Part shown: in pieces, positions 42,394-52,782 of the stretch
Numbering within the stretch: the stretch's first letter is position 1
Layout: the number at the start of each line of letters is the position of its first letter
Source: Agreia sp.
GTDB lineage: Bacteria; Actinomycetota; Actinomycetes; Actinomycetales; Microbacteriaceae
Direction: 5' to 3'
Assembly: GCA_044464485.1 (NCBI GenBank)
Contig: JBIQLG010000008.1
Location: forward strand, 1,242-65,241
Length of the DNA stretch: 64,000 nucleotides
The notes under the pieces: model-generated
Database searches by the model: none
What the model was told of the DNA's origin: nothing
The model's input: the letters and a program-made list of their open reading frames with translations, nothing else
Translations under genes and position numbers: made by a program

Positions 42394-45390
42394 TCAGCTC
42401 GTGCGCGGACCGCGCGTGGGAACCGCGTCGACCGCTCCGCCGTAAAAACTGGATTCAAAAACTCGGCGCGCGCGACGCGTCACGCGCAAATAATCTTCCT
42501 CCAGTCGGCTGGCGGAGCCCGGCGGATATCCCATGAGTCGTGCCACCCCGTCAAGTTGGGCACGATCCACCGGCAACACGTCCGAAGTCTTCGATGTCCA
42601 CAGGGTCATGGCGGATCTCGCGCGCGAAGCAAACAGCCACGCCTCGCGCAATAGATGCACGTCGGATGCCGCCAACAGGCCCTCGTCGTGCGCTGCGGCA
42701 AGTGCGGCAAGAGTGGACGTCGTGCGCAGTCCCTCAACGCTCGCACCGTGCCGCAACTGCAACAGTTGCACCAGCCATTCGACGTCACTGAGCGAACCGC
42801 GACCGAGCTTGAGGTGCCGTGAACGCTCGGCTCCCTGCGGCAAACGCTCTGATTCCACGCGCGCCTTGATGCGGCGCACCTCGCGCACGTCGGCCGCGGA
42901 TATCTCCCGCGGAAAACGCACCTCGTCAGCAAGTCGCTCGAAATCGCGGCACAGTTGCTCATCGCCCGCAACCGCACGCGCGCGTAAGAGCGCCTGCGCC
43001 TCCCACGTGAGCGACCAGCGCTCATAATAGGCGCGATACGATTCGAGCGAACGCACCACAGCGCCGTTCTTGCCTTCCGGTCGCAGTCCGATATCGAGAT
43101 CCAATGGAAACTGCAGATCGTTCGTAATTTGGTTCAGTGCAGAAACCAGTCGTTCCGCAGCTTTCTGCGCCGCCTCGCCTGCGCCTTCTGGTGCCCTGTA
43201 GACGTAGATGACGTCGGCATCCGAACCAAACCCGAGTTCCGCTCCACCGAAGCGGCCCATGGCGATCACCGCGAACTCCATGCCCTTGGGCTCGGCATTG
43301 TCTTTCATCGACGTGGCCAGAGCGAGGGCGGATCGAATTGTCGAGGTTGTCAACGCGCTCAGAGCAGTGCCGACTTCCTGCACGTCAATCAGCTCCAGCG
43401 TGCTCGCAATCGCTACGCGGAGTATTTCGCGTCGACGCGCGTTTCGAATGGCGAGAGCCGCGGCCTCCGGATCGCGAGAGTGTCGCTTGACTATCGCCCG
43501 ACCCTCCTCATCGAGCACGGATAGCGTGCGCCCGGCGAGCTCGGAATCCTTTTCCAGCCACGCCACCGCCTCGGGAATGCGTTCGAAAAGCTCCCCAATG
43601 AATTTGCTCCCGGCAAGCAGTTGAGTGAGCCGATGTCCGGCCCCGGACGAGTCTCGAAGCATCCTGAGGAACCAGTGAGATTCGCCCAGGGCGTCGCTCA
43701 GTCTCCTGAACACCAGCAACCCGCGATCCGGATCCGCCCCCTCCGAGAGCCACTGGAGAATTACCGGCAACAGGTTGCGCTGAATTGTTGCCCGCCGCGA
43801 CAGACCTGACGTGAGAACGCCAATGTGTCGCAAGGCGCCGTCGGGGTCGCGGAATCCAATCGCGGCGAGTCGCGCGGATGCCTGTTCGCTCGTGAGCGAA
43901 AACCCTTCCTCAGGCAATGCGGCGACCGCAGAAAGAAGGGGGCGGTAGAAGAGGCGTTCGTGAAGCGTCCGCACCTCCGTTTTGACCGCGTGCCACTTAT
44001 CCAAAAGTTCCTTGGCGGTCGTCGCCAAACCGCTTGCCCGAGCGAGCACGCGAACGCCGTTGTCCTCTCGAGGCATGAGATGGGTGCGCTGCAGGCGTGA
44101 AAGCTGAAGTCGATGTTCCAGCAGGCGCAGGAATCGGTAATCGTTGCTGAATCGAGCGGCTTCATCGCGACCGATGTAGCCGCGCTCGGCGAGGGCGCTC
44201 AACGCCGGGAGGGTTCCCGGCTGCCGCACACCGTCATCCGTTTGGCCATGCACGAGCTGCAGCAGTTGAATGGTGAATTCGATATCGCGCAACCCTCCCC
44301 TGCCGAGTTTGAGCTGAACATCCGCTTCGTCGGGAGGGATGTGGTCGGTTACTCGCTCGCGCATGCGCTGTACGGACTCGACGAAGTTGTCTCTGCCGGC
44401 GCTGGACCACACGAGCGGGTTCATCTCCCGCACAAAACGCGCGCCCAGTTCACGGTCGCCGGCGATCGGCCTTGCCTTCAGCATCGCCTGAAACTCCCAA
44501 TCCTTTGCCCAGCGACCGTAGTAGGCCACATGTGAGTCCAGACTCCGAACGAGTGCTCCGTCTTTGCCTTCAGGGCGAAGGTTTGCATCGAGTTCCCACA
44601 GCTCCGGTTCGATGTCGGGGCTCTGAATTGTTTTCCCGAGCCGAATCGCGAGCCAGGTTGCAATTTCAACGGCGCGCTCCGTGGAAATCACCGGCTCCGC
44701 CTCTGCCACATAAATGACATCGACGTCGCTTACGTAATTGAGTTCGTGAGCTCCCGTCTTGCCCATGCCGATGACAGTCAGTCGGGTCGCGGCTACTTCC
44801 TGCGCGGGAAACGGCGCACTTCGGCGCGCATGCGTCAGGGCGACATCCAGCGTCACGCCAGCAAGGTCGGCAAGGCAGGCGCCCACTCGATCAACCCCCG
44901 CGAGCTGATCATCCTGACTCAGGTCAAAAGCTGCAATGCGCGAGAGCATCCGACGATATCGGATGCGAAGGTCCACGACCGCAGTATTCGAACCTCCGCG
45001 CGCACCGTCGGGTGCGCCGATGCCGGTTTCAAGTTCGGCGTGAATTTCTTCCACCGTGGGCAATCGATCGGTTGAGGCATCCAGGTGCGTCAACTCTTCG
45101 GGTCTGCGGCGGTAGAACTCCCCAAGGCCGCTCGACGCACCCAGCAGTCGAATCAAACGACGGGCAAGGTCCGGATTCGCGAGCACGCTGTCCAGGGTCT
45201 CCCCCGCCCGTTCCCGCAGTTGCACGAGGTATTTGAGCGCCTGATCGGGGTCGGCGACCGTCGTGAAATGCGGAAGAATATCCGAATCGAATTCTGCGAG
45301 GAGTGCCTGCGCAGTCCGCAACTCTGCGAAGCCGAGTCGGGCGAGCTGACTCAAACCTGCCGTGTCACGCGAGGACTGCGAACGACTCAT
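42394..45390 (-). CDS. glnE: bifunctional glutamine synthetase adenylyltransferase / adenylyl-removing enzyme
   Basis: 998 aa with two nucleotidyltransferase modules (...MGKTGAHELNYVSDVDVIYV... and ...MGRFGGAELGFGSDADVIYV...), each followed by ...LRPEGK.G.LVRSL.... Confidence 0.93.
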   Translation of the reverse strand: MSRSQSSRDTAGLSQLARLGFAELRTAQALLAEFDSDILPHFTTVADPDQALKYLVQLRERAGETLDSVLANPDLARRLIRLLGASSGLGEFYRRRPEELTHLDASTDRLPTVEEIHAELETGIGAPDGARGGSNTAVVDLRIRYRRMLSRIAAFDLSQDDQLAGVDRVGACLADLAGVTLDVALTHARRSAPFPAQEVAATRLTVIGMGKTGAHELNYVSDVDVIYVAEAEPVISTERAVEIATWLAIRLGKTIQSPDIEPELWELDANLRPEGKDGALVRSLDSHVAYYGRWAKDWEFQAMLKARPIAGDRELGARFVREMNPLVWSSAGRDNFVESVQRMRERVTDHIPPDEADVQLKLGRGGLRDIEFTIQLLQLVHGQTDDGVRQPGTLPALSALAERGYIGRDEAARFSNDYRFLRLLEHRLQLSRLQRTHLMPREDNGVRVLARASGLATTAKELLDKWHAVKTEVRTLHERLFYRPLLSAVAALPEEGFSLTSEQASARLAAIGFRDPDGALRHIGVLTSGLSRRATIQRNLLPVILQWLSEGADPDRGLLVFRRLSDALGESHWFLRMLRDSSGAGHRLTQLLAGSKFIGELFERIPEAVAWLEKDSELAGRTLSVLDEEGRAIVKRHSRDPEAAALAIRNARRREILRVAIASTLELIDVQEVGTALSALTTSTIRSALALATSMKDNAEPKGMEFAVIAMGRFGGAELGFGSDADVIYVYRAPEGAGEAAQKAAERLVSALNQITNDLQFPLDLDIGLRPEGKNGAVVRSLESYRAYYERWSLTWEAQALLRARAVAGDEQLCRDFERLADEVRFPREISAADVREVRRIKARVESERLPQGAERSRHLKLGRGSLSDVEWLVQLLQLRHGASVEGLRTTSTLAALAAAHDEGLLAASDVHLLREAWLFASRARSAMTLWTSKTSDVLPVDRAQLDGVARLMGYPPGSASRLEEDYLRVTRRARRVFESSFYGGAVDAVPTRGPRTS

Positions 45391-45396
45391 GGCACG

Positions 45397-46737
45397 CTAG
45401 AGCATCTCCAGGTTGCTGTCGAGTTCGAACGGAGTCACCTGTGCGCGATACGCCGTCCACTCTCGCTGCTTGTTGAGCAGGACGTAGTTGAAGACCTGCT
45501 CACCCAGGGTCTCTGCCACGAGTTCGGAGCCCTTCATGATGGATGCTGCGTGGTCGAGGTTCGCAGGAAGCGGGTTGTATCCCAGTGCCTTTCGCTCCGA
45601 TTCGCTCAAATCCCACACGTTGTCTTCCGCCTCCGGAGGCAGTTCGTATTCTTCCTCGATGCCCTTGAGACCGGCGGCCAGCAGGAGCGAATACGCGAGA
45701 TACGGGTTCGCCGCAGAGTCAATGGCCCGATATTCAACCCGCGAACTTTGACCCTTGTTCGGCTTGTACAGCGGCACCCTGATGAGAGCCGAACGGTTGT
45801 TGTGCCCCCAGCACACGAAGCTTGGAGCCTCTCCCCCGCCCCAAAGCCGCTTGTACGAGTTCACGAACTGGTTGGTGACCGCGGTGATCTCCGGAGCGTG
45901 TTTCAGCAGGCCCGCGATGAAGTGCCTGCCCACCCGCGACAGCTGGTATTGGGCACCCGCCTCATAAAACGCGTTCGTATCTCCCTCGAACAGAGACATG
46001 TGCGTGTGCATGCCTGATCCCGGATGCTCGGAGAACGGTTTCGGCATGAACGTCGCGTATACGCCTTCCTCGATTGCCACCTCTTTGATCACCGTGCGGA
46101 AGGTCATGATATTGTCCGCTGTCGTGAGTCCGTCGGCGTATCGGAGATCGATCTCGTTCTGGCCGGGGCCGCCTTCATGGTGACTGAATTCCACCGAAAT
46201 ACCGAGATCCTCCAGCATCCGCACGGAGCGCCGTCGGAAGTCGTGAGCCGTGCCACCGGGGACGTTGTCGAAATAGCCCGCTGAGTCAACCGGAACAGGT
46301 CTTCCCTTGTCATCAAGTTTGGAACTCTTGAGCAGATAGAACTCGATTTCCGGGTGCGTGTAAAACGTGAATCCGCGATCGGCCGCCTTGGCGAGGGTAC
46401 GCTTGAGCACATTGCGGGGGTCGGCGACGGCGGGTTCACCATCCGGCGTCATAATGTCGCAGAACATGCGCACCGTCGGGTCGATCTCGCCCCGCCACGG
46501 CAAAATCTGGAACGTCGCGGGGTCCGGATGCAGCAGCACATCCGCCTCGTACTTTCGCGTGAGGCCCTCAATGGCCGAACCATCCACACCGACACCTTCC
46601 GCGAAGGCGCCCTCCACTTCTGCGGGTGCGATTGCCACCGATTTGAGCGTTCCCACTACATCGGTGAACCAGAGTCGTACGAACTTGACGCCGCGCTCCT
46701 CGATGGTGCGCAGAACGAAATCACGCTGTTTGTCCAT
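45397..46737 (-). CDS. glnA2: glutamine synthetase-family protein (GlnA2 type)
   Basis: 446 aa. ...FDGSAIEG..., ...MPKPFSEHPGSGMHTHMSLF..., ...RVPLYK.... SD AAAGAGGAGA. Its TAG is only 6 nt from the glnE ATG, so glnA2 and glnE form an operon. Confidence 0.9.
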   Translation of the reverse strand: MDKQRDFVLRTIEERGVKFVRLWFTDVVGTLKSVAIAPAEVEGAFAEGVGVDGSAIEGLTRKYEADVLLHPDPATFQILPWRGEIDPTVRMFCDIMTPDGEPAVADPRNVLKRTLAKAADRGFTFYTHPEIEFYLLKSSKLDDKGRPVPVDSAGYFDNVPGGTAHDFRRRSVRMLEDLGISVEFSHHEGGPGQNEIDLRYADGLTTADNIMTFRTVIKEVAIEEGVYATFMPKPFSEHPGSGMHTHMSLFEGDTNAFYEAGAQYQLSRVGRHFIAGLLKHAPEITAVTNQFVNSYKRLWGGGEAPSFVCWGHNNRSALIRVPLYKPNKGQSSRVEYRAIDSAANPYLAYSLLLAAGLKGIEEEYELPPEAEDNVWDLSESERKALGYNPLPANLDHAASIMKGSELVAETLGEQVFNYVLLNKQREWTAYRAQVTPFELDSNLEML

Positions 46738-46795
46738 GATCTCCTCTTTGGTCAGGATGCGGTGGCCGTCTATGCCCGCTTATCAGGCTAGTGGC

Positions 46796-46801
46796 TAGAC
46801 T
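46796..46801 (+). promoter_or_regulatory. candidate -10 box (TAGACT), leaderless-type, for panB
   Basis: TANNNT hexamer 6 nt upstream of the ATG at 46808. Confidence 0.35.
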
Positions 46802-46807
46802 CGCTTC

Positions 46808-47641
46808 ATGAACGATCCTGCAGCAGCTGCGGCCCAGGCGAATCTCAAAAAAGTGCGCACGCGGCACTTTCAGTCGGCGAAAGAGACGGGGACGAAGATC
46901 GTCGGCCTCACAAGCTATGACCAGTTGAGTGCCGCAATTTTCGACAGGGCCGGCATCGATTTTCTGCTGGTCGGCGATTCTGCCGGCAACAACGTTCTCG
47001 GCTTCGACACGACGCTTCCCGTGACGATCGATGAATTGATTCCTCTCACGCGCGCGGTTGCGGGTGCGGTCAGCCGCGCCTTCGTCGTTGCCGACATGCC
47101 GTTCGGATCTTACGAGAGCGGTCCGGAGGACGCACTCCACACGGCGTTTCGATTCATGAAGGAAACGCACGCGCACGCGGTGAAACTTGAGGGCGGCCAA
47201 CGCAGCGCGGAGCAGATTCGGAGAATTGTTTCTGCCGGAATTCCGGTGATGGCCCACATCGGATTCACACCGCAGAGTGAGCACGGACTCGGTGGGCATA
47301 TAATTCAAGGACGCGGCGAAGGGCTCGAACAGCTTCTCGCCGATGCGCACGCCGTCGAAGATGCCGGTGCGTTCTCTGTCGTGTTGGAAATGGTTCCGGC
47401 ATCGGCTGCCGCTCAGGTGACCAAAGAGTTGCGCATTCCGACTATCGGTGTTGGTGCTGGGCCGGATGTCGATGGCCAGTTGATGGTCTGGACAGACTGG
47501 GCGGGTTTCACGACCGGTCGGATACCGAAGTTCGTGAAACAGTACGCGAACCTCTCCGGGATCCTGTCGGATGCCGTCAGCGCCTATCGAGCGGATGTTG
47601 CGGACGGAGCCTATCCGGCCCCCGAGCACAACTACGAGTAA
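46808..47641 (+). CDS. panB: 3-methyl-2-oxobutanoate hydroxymethyltransferase
   Basis: 277 aa. ...LLVGDSAGN..., ...VVADMPFGSY..., ...VKLEGG..., ...HIGFTPQS.... Confidence 0.93.
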   Translation: MNDPAAAAAQANLKKVRTRHFQSAKETGTKIVGLTSYDQLSAAIFDRAGIDFLLVGDSAGNNVLGFDTTLPVTIDELIPLTRAVAGAVSRAFVVADMPFGSYESGPEDALHTAFRFMKETHAHAVKLEGGQRSAEQIRRIVSAGIPVMAHIGFTPQSEHGLGGHIIQGRGEGLEQLLADAHAVEDAGAFSVVLEMVPASAAAQVTKELRIPTIGVGAGPDVDGQLMVWTDWAGFTTGRIPKFVKQYANLSGILSDAVSAYRADVADGAYPAPEHNYE

Positions 47642-47662
47642 CGCAGCAACCGTTCGGCGTGA

Positions 47663-49063
<1,401 letters not shown>

Positions 49064-49099
49064 AATGCCGCGAACGGCGAGCGTACGATCAGGAGTGGC

Positions 49100-49273
49100 T
49101 CAGTCGTCTTCCTCAGCATCCTCGTGCGCCCATTCGCGCGCACGTTCAGCGATGATTTCGTTCGCACGCGCAGCTTCCTCGCGCGTGGCGAACGGGCCGA
49201 GCCGGTCAAGCCACAGCGACTGCGGCCCCTCCTCGACCTCCTGGGTCTTCGTATTGAACCACCACTCGGTCAT
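49100..49273 (-). CDS. small conserved-looking protein, 57 aa (not in ORF track)
   Basis: [60 protein letters not shown] at 49273 preceded by a strong SD AAAGGAGA at 5-nt spacing. Resembles a short ORF family I recall from other Actinomycetota; unverified. Confidence 0.55.
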   Translation of the reverse strand: MTEWWFNTKTQEVEEGPQSLWLDRLGPFATREEAARANEIIAERAREWAHEDAEEDD

Positions 49274-49292
49274 GGGAATCTCCTTTGCAGCC

Positions 49293-49298
49293 TAAAAT
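49293..49298 (+). promoter_or_regulatory. candidate -10 box (TAAAAT), leaderless-type, for map
   Basis: TANNNT hexamer 7 nt upstream of the ATG at 49306. Confidence 0.35.
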
Positions 49299-49305
49299 TG
49301 ATCCT

Positions 49306-50196
49306 ATGCCCAGGGATTCCAGCGGACACCTTTTGCCGGGAAAACTCTCACCCCTCCGTCAGGTACCACGCCATATCGCCGCTCCGGAATACGTGGGCAA
49401 GAGCGAGCCCGCACTTTCGGGCATCGACGTCTACGACGAATCCGAAGTCGATCGCATTCGCGCGGCCGGCCAGATCGCCGCAGCGGCCATCGATGCGGTC
49501 GGCGACGCCATCCGGCCGGGAGCGACCACGGAGGAACTGGATCGCATCGGCCACGAATTTCTGATTGCGCACGACGCGTACCCCTCCACGCTCGGTTACC
49601 GCGGCTTTCCCAAATCGCTGTGCTCGTCGATCAACGAAGTGATCTGCCACGGAATTCCTGACGACACGGTTCTGCAGGATGGTGACATCGTCAACATCGA
49701 TATCACGGCGTTCAAAGACGGAATGCACGGAGACACCAATCGCACGTTCCTCGTGGGTGACGTGGCACCGGAGGTTGCCGCACTCGTCGAACGCACCCGA
49801 GAGGCATTGCTCCGCGGCATCAAGGCTGCGGCGGTCGGCCGTCGGGTGAATGTGATTGGACGCGCCATCGAGTCTTATGCACAACGATTCGGCTATGGCG
49901 TCGTGCGTGATTTCACGGGACACGGAGTGGGCGAAACATTTCATTCCGGACTTATCATCCCCCACTACGATTCCCCTCACTTCACCACCGTCATCGAACC
50001 CGGAATGGTATTCACCATTGAGCCCATGCTCACTCTGGGCGCACCAGAGTGGGATTTGTGGGACGACGACTGGACTGTCACCACGAAAGACAAGAGCGTA
50101 TCCGCGCAATTCGAACACACCATCGTCGTCCGCGAAAGCGGGGTAGAGATACTGACGCTCAGTGCAGTTGAGCCACGTGAAAGGGATGCCGCATGA
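49306..50196 (+). CDS. map: type I methionyl aminopeptidase
   Basis: ...VCHGIPDD..., ...DIVNIDITA..., ...GHGVGETFH..., ...FTIEPML..., ...AQFEHTIVV... metal ligands all present. The ATG at 49306 is preferred over the ORF-track TTG at 49285. Confidence 0.92.
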   Translation: MPRDSSGHLLPGKLSPLRQVPRHIAAPEYVGKSEPALSGIDVYDESEVDRIRAAGQIAAAAIDAVGDAIRPGATTEELDRIGHEFLIAHDAYPSTLGYRGFPKSLCSSINEVICHGIPDDTVLQDGDIVNIDITAFKDGMHGDTNRTFLVGDVAPEVAALVERTREALLRGIKAAAVGRRVNVIGRAIESYAQRFGYGVVRDFTGHGVGETFHSGLIIPHYDSPHFTTVIEPGMVFTIEPMLTLGAPEWDLWDDDWTVTTKDKSVSAQFEHTIVVRESGVEILTLSAVEPRERDAA

Positions 50197-50939
50197 CGTC
50201 AACGGCGATCGGGATCGACATCGGCGGTACCGGCATCAAGGGTGCCGTCGTCGACGTCTCCAGCGGCGAACTCATCACCGAGCGCAAGAAGCTCCCGACG
50301 CCGAAAAACGGCAAGCCCGATGACATCCTCGACACTGTTCTAGAGCTCTTTGACGAGCTTGGCGATGTGGAAGCCGGCATGCCGGTGGGAGTGTGCTTTC
50401 CCGCCATCATCATCCATGGAATGACCATGTCCGCCGCAAACATTTCCAAGAAGTGGATTGGACTCGAAGCGGAGAAACTGTTCGAGAAGAAGCTTGGTCG
50501 CGACATCCACTTTGTCAATGATGCGGATGCCGCGGGCGTCGCCGAGGCACGCTACGGTGCCGCCATCGATGCACCCGGCCTCACCATCCTCACGACGCTC
50601 GGCACCGGAATCGGCAGCGCAATGCTCTTCAACGGCGAACTGATCCCCAATTCGGAACTCGGACACCTCAAACTTGACGGACACGATGCCGAAGAACTCG
50701 CGTCTACGTCGGCAAAAGAGAACGAGGACCTCAGCTGGAAGGAGTGGGCGAAGCGGCTTGAGCGCTATTACCAGCACCTGGAGTTCATTTTCTCGCCCGA
50801 ATTGCTTCTCGTGGGTGGCGGCATTTCCAAGAGTTCGGAAGAGTTCCTCCCGCTTCTCGAACTGCGCACGCCCATCAAACCCGCGGCGCTGCGCAACAAC
50901 GCAGGCATCGTGGGTGCTGCGTCCCTGGCTGTGAAGTGA
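50193..50939 (+). CDS. ppgK: polyphosphate/ATP glucokinase (ROK family)
   Basis: 248 aa. ...[16 protein letters not shown]..., ...VNDADAAG..., ...TLGTGIGSA..., ...ELGHL.... ATGA overlap with map. Confidence 0.85.
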   Translation: MTSTAIGIDIGGTGIKGAVVDVSSGELITERKKLPTPKNGKPDDILDTVLELFDELGDVEAGMPVGVCFPAIIIHGMTMSAANISKKWIGLEAEKLFEKKLGRDIHFVNDADAAGVAEARYGAAIDAPGLTILTTLGTGIGSAMLFNGELIPNSELGHLKLDGHDAEELASTSAKENEDLSWKEWAKRLERYYQHLEFIFSPELLLVGGGISKSSEEFLPLLELRTPIKPAALRNNAGIVGAASLAVK

Positions 50940-51027
50940 GAGCGCAGAAAGCAGTGCACTTTCGGGGCCCGCAGGGCAACCATGGCCGGAAGGCGCGACA
51001 CAGCTTTCAGCGTGCATCGCCAGGGTG

Positions 51028-51426
51028 TGAATGGGCCGGCTGATACGCCGGGTTCTGTTCCAGTGCTCGCGCACCTTCGACGGCCATCTATCTCGGGACT
51101 GCGTTGCCGCAGCCCTCCAGCAATCTACCCGGGAACTCGGCGGGCAGCCTTGGCGTTCCCTGTTGATCTTGCTCCGGACGAGGTTTACCCAGCCGACCCG
51201 ATCACTCGGGCCGCTGGTGGTCTCTTACACCACCGTTTCACCCTTACCCCTGGCCCGTTGATAAATCAACGCGCCAGCGGCGGTCTGCTTTCTGTTGCAC
51301 TTGCTCGCGGATTGCTCCGGGTGGGTGTTACCCACCGCCCTGCCCTGTGGAGCCCGGACGTTCCTCGGCGACTGTTGCAGCCTTGCGGATGCTTCAGCCG
51401 ACGCGACCGTCTTGCCGACCCATTCC
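51028..51426 (-). ncRNA. rnpB: RNase P RNA (bacterial type A)
   Basis: Minus-strand motifs: GAGGAACGTCCGGGCTCCACAGGGCAGGG (plus coordinates 51338-51366), GGTAAGGGTGAAACGGTGGTGTAAGAGACCACC, and ACAGAACCCGGCGTATC (51042-51058). P1 pairing is AATGGGTCGGC (51424-51414) with GCCGGCCCATT (51040-51030). Ends are approximate, within a few nt. Confidence 0.9.
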
Positions 51427-51431
51427 TCGCC

Positions 51432-51437
51432 ATTCTA
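51432..51437 (-). promoter_or_regulatory. candidate -10 box (TAGAAT) for rnpB
   Basis: Minus-strand TAGAAT sits 7 nt upstream of the predicted P1 5' end (~51425). Confidence 0.45.
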
Positions 51438-51446
51438 CTGCGTGAC

Positions 51447-51518
51447 GATTTTGCCGGGATAGTTCGAATGCTCTGGCGGTGAACGGAGCCGCCGCATCCG
51501 AACTATCCCGGCAAAATC
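51447..51518. repeat. 72-nt near-perfect palindrome / long hairpin between the RNase H gene and rnpB
   Basis: 25-nt arms GATTTTGCCGGGATAGTTCGAATGC (51447-51471) and GCATCCGAACTATCCCGGCAAAATC (51494-51518) with one mismatch. The 22-nt centre contains an inner GGCGG/CCGCC stem. No U-tract on either strand. Confidence 0.85.
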
Positions 51519-51549
51519 TTGAGCAGCCCATGCATTTCGACCAAAATCC

Positions 51550-51972
51550 TCAGCGATCGAAGTCGGCACGGAGATCCATGGCGCGGTTGGCGGCGGCATC
51601 GGCTCGTTTGTTGTTTTCGCGCGGGATCCATTCGAAGCGCACCGGCGTGCCGGTGAGAAGTTCGCGAGCGACGGCAGCGAGTTCGGCCATGTCGGGATGC
51701 TTGATCTTCCAGCGGCCGCACATCTGCTCCACGACAAGCTTGGAGTCCATGCGCACGTGAAGCTCCGCGTCCGGGTCGATCGCGAGTGCCCTGCGCACTC
51801 CCTCGATGAGCGCCGTGTACTCCGCGACATTGTTCGAGACAACCCCGAGATAGCGGCCGACCTCGGCGAGAACTTCGCCGGTTTCCGGGTCGAGGACTAT
51901 CGAGCCGCTCCCGGCCTGGCCGGGGTTGCCGCGCGAACCGCCGTCCGCTTCGATCACAAGGGTGCGCGCCAT
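51550..51972 (-). CDS. rnhA: ribonuclease H (type 1 domain, stand-alone)
   Basis: 140 aa. ...EADGGSRGNPGQAGSG..., ...NNVAEYTALIEG..., ...MDSKLVVEQ..., ...RENNKRADAAAN... (DEDD catalytic set). Confidence 0.85.
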   Translation of the reverse strand: MARTLVIEADGGSRGNPGQAGSGSIVLDPETGEVLAEVGRYLGVVSNNVAEYTALIEGVRRALAIDPDAELHVRMDSKLVVEQMCGRWKIKHPDMAELAAVARELLTGTPVRFEWIPRENNKRADAAANRAMDLRADFDR

Positions 51973-52712
51973 CAGATGCCCGACTCTGCGGTGCGAACGA
52001 GAATCGCGTTGCTATCGGGACACAGGACAACGTCATCCGGAGCGGCGGCTCTGATCGCAGCCATGTCGCTCTCATTGAGCGTGACGCCGCTCGCGCTCGA
52101 CGCGCCACCCTGAAGGTGCGAGGCGCCCATACCGTAACGTTCGCGCTGACGTTCATACAACGCGAGAAGGTCTTCTGGCAGCTTGCCCACAATTACCGCA
52201 CGATTGGCAAGCGTGTGGTCGCGTTCTCCGTCGATCGTCGCAAGCGTGGCATCCCGCGTCGCTTCCGCTTCACTAATGTGTTCCACGAGTTCCTTGTGGC
52301 GTGACGATGATGCGCGTGCTGCGGATTCCAGTTCCTCGATGCGTTCCATGACGGCGAGCTGAATATCTTCGAGATCCGACTGCCTTTTACGAAGTGACGA
52401 CAATTCCGCTTCAAGGCCAGCGACATCTTTCACGGATGAAGTGGACTCAAGTCGCCCGGTGTCGCGCGCGATGCGTGTCTCAACGACCTCGACATCCGAT
52501 TCGACTCTGCGCAATTCGGAACGAGCATCCTCCAGCGCGCCGCTGTCGGAAACGCTGGAAAGCCTGGCCTTCTCGGCCTCTGCCGAAAGCTCGGCAATGT
52601 GGGCCAATTCGGGAAGTGACGCCGCCCGATGAGCGAGTTGCTGGAGTTTGGTATCGATCGCCTGGAGATCCAAAAGCAGGGCCTGATCTTCGGGACTGGC
52701 TTTCAGCGCCAT
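51972..52712 (-). CDS. coiled-coil protein of the DUF164 / 'zinc-ribbon' family, ribbon cysteines mostly absent
   Basis: 246 aa with a long coiled coil and a conserved tail ...LLALYERQRERYG...IRAAAPDDVVLCPDSNAILVRT.ESG.. Only one Cys is present where homologues, as I recall them, carry two CxxC pairs. Confidence 0.65.
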   Translation of the reverse strand: MALKASPEDQALLLDLQAIDTKLQQLAHRAASLPELAHIAELSAEAEKARLSSVSDSGALEDARSELRRVESDVEVVETRIARDTGRLESTSSVKDVAGLEAELSSLRKRQSDLEDIQLAVMERIEELESAARASSSRHKELVEHISEAEATRDATLATIDGERDHTLANRAVIVGKLPEDLLALYERQRERYGMGASHLQGGASSASGVTLNESDMAAIRAAAPDDVVLCPDSNAILVRTAESGI

Positions 52713-52782
52713 CGCGGGGAACCGACTTTCTCTTGATTCTTAACTGTCATCTTGTCAACGGGCATGTTGCTGTCGCACGAAT

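Noticed and set aside
51550-51972. RNase H gene lacking the C-terminal phosphatase (CobC-like) domain present in the mycobacterial homologue; considered a truncation
   Set aside because: The ORF ends cleanly with a normal stop, followed by the palindrome and the rnpB promoter. Stand-alone RNase H domains are common, and there is no remnant of a second domain in any frame.
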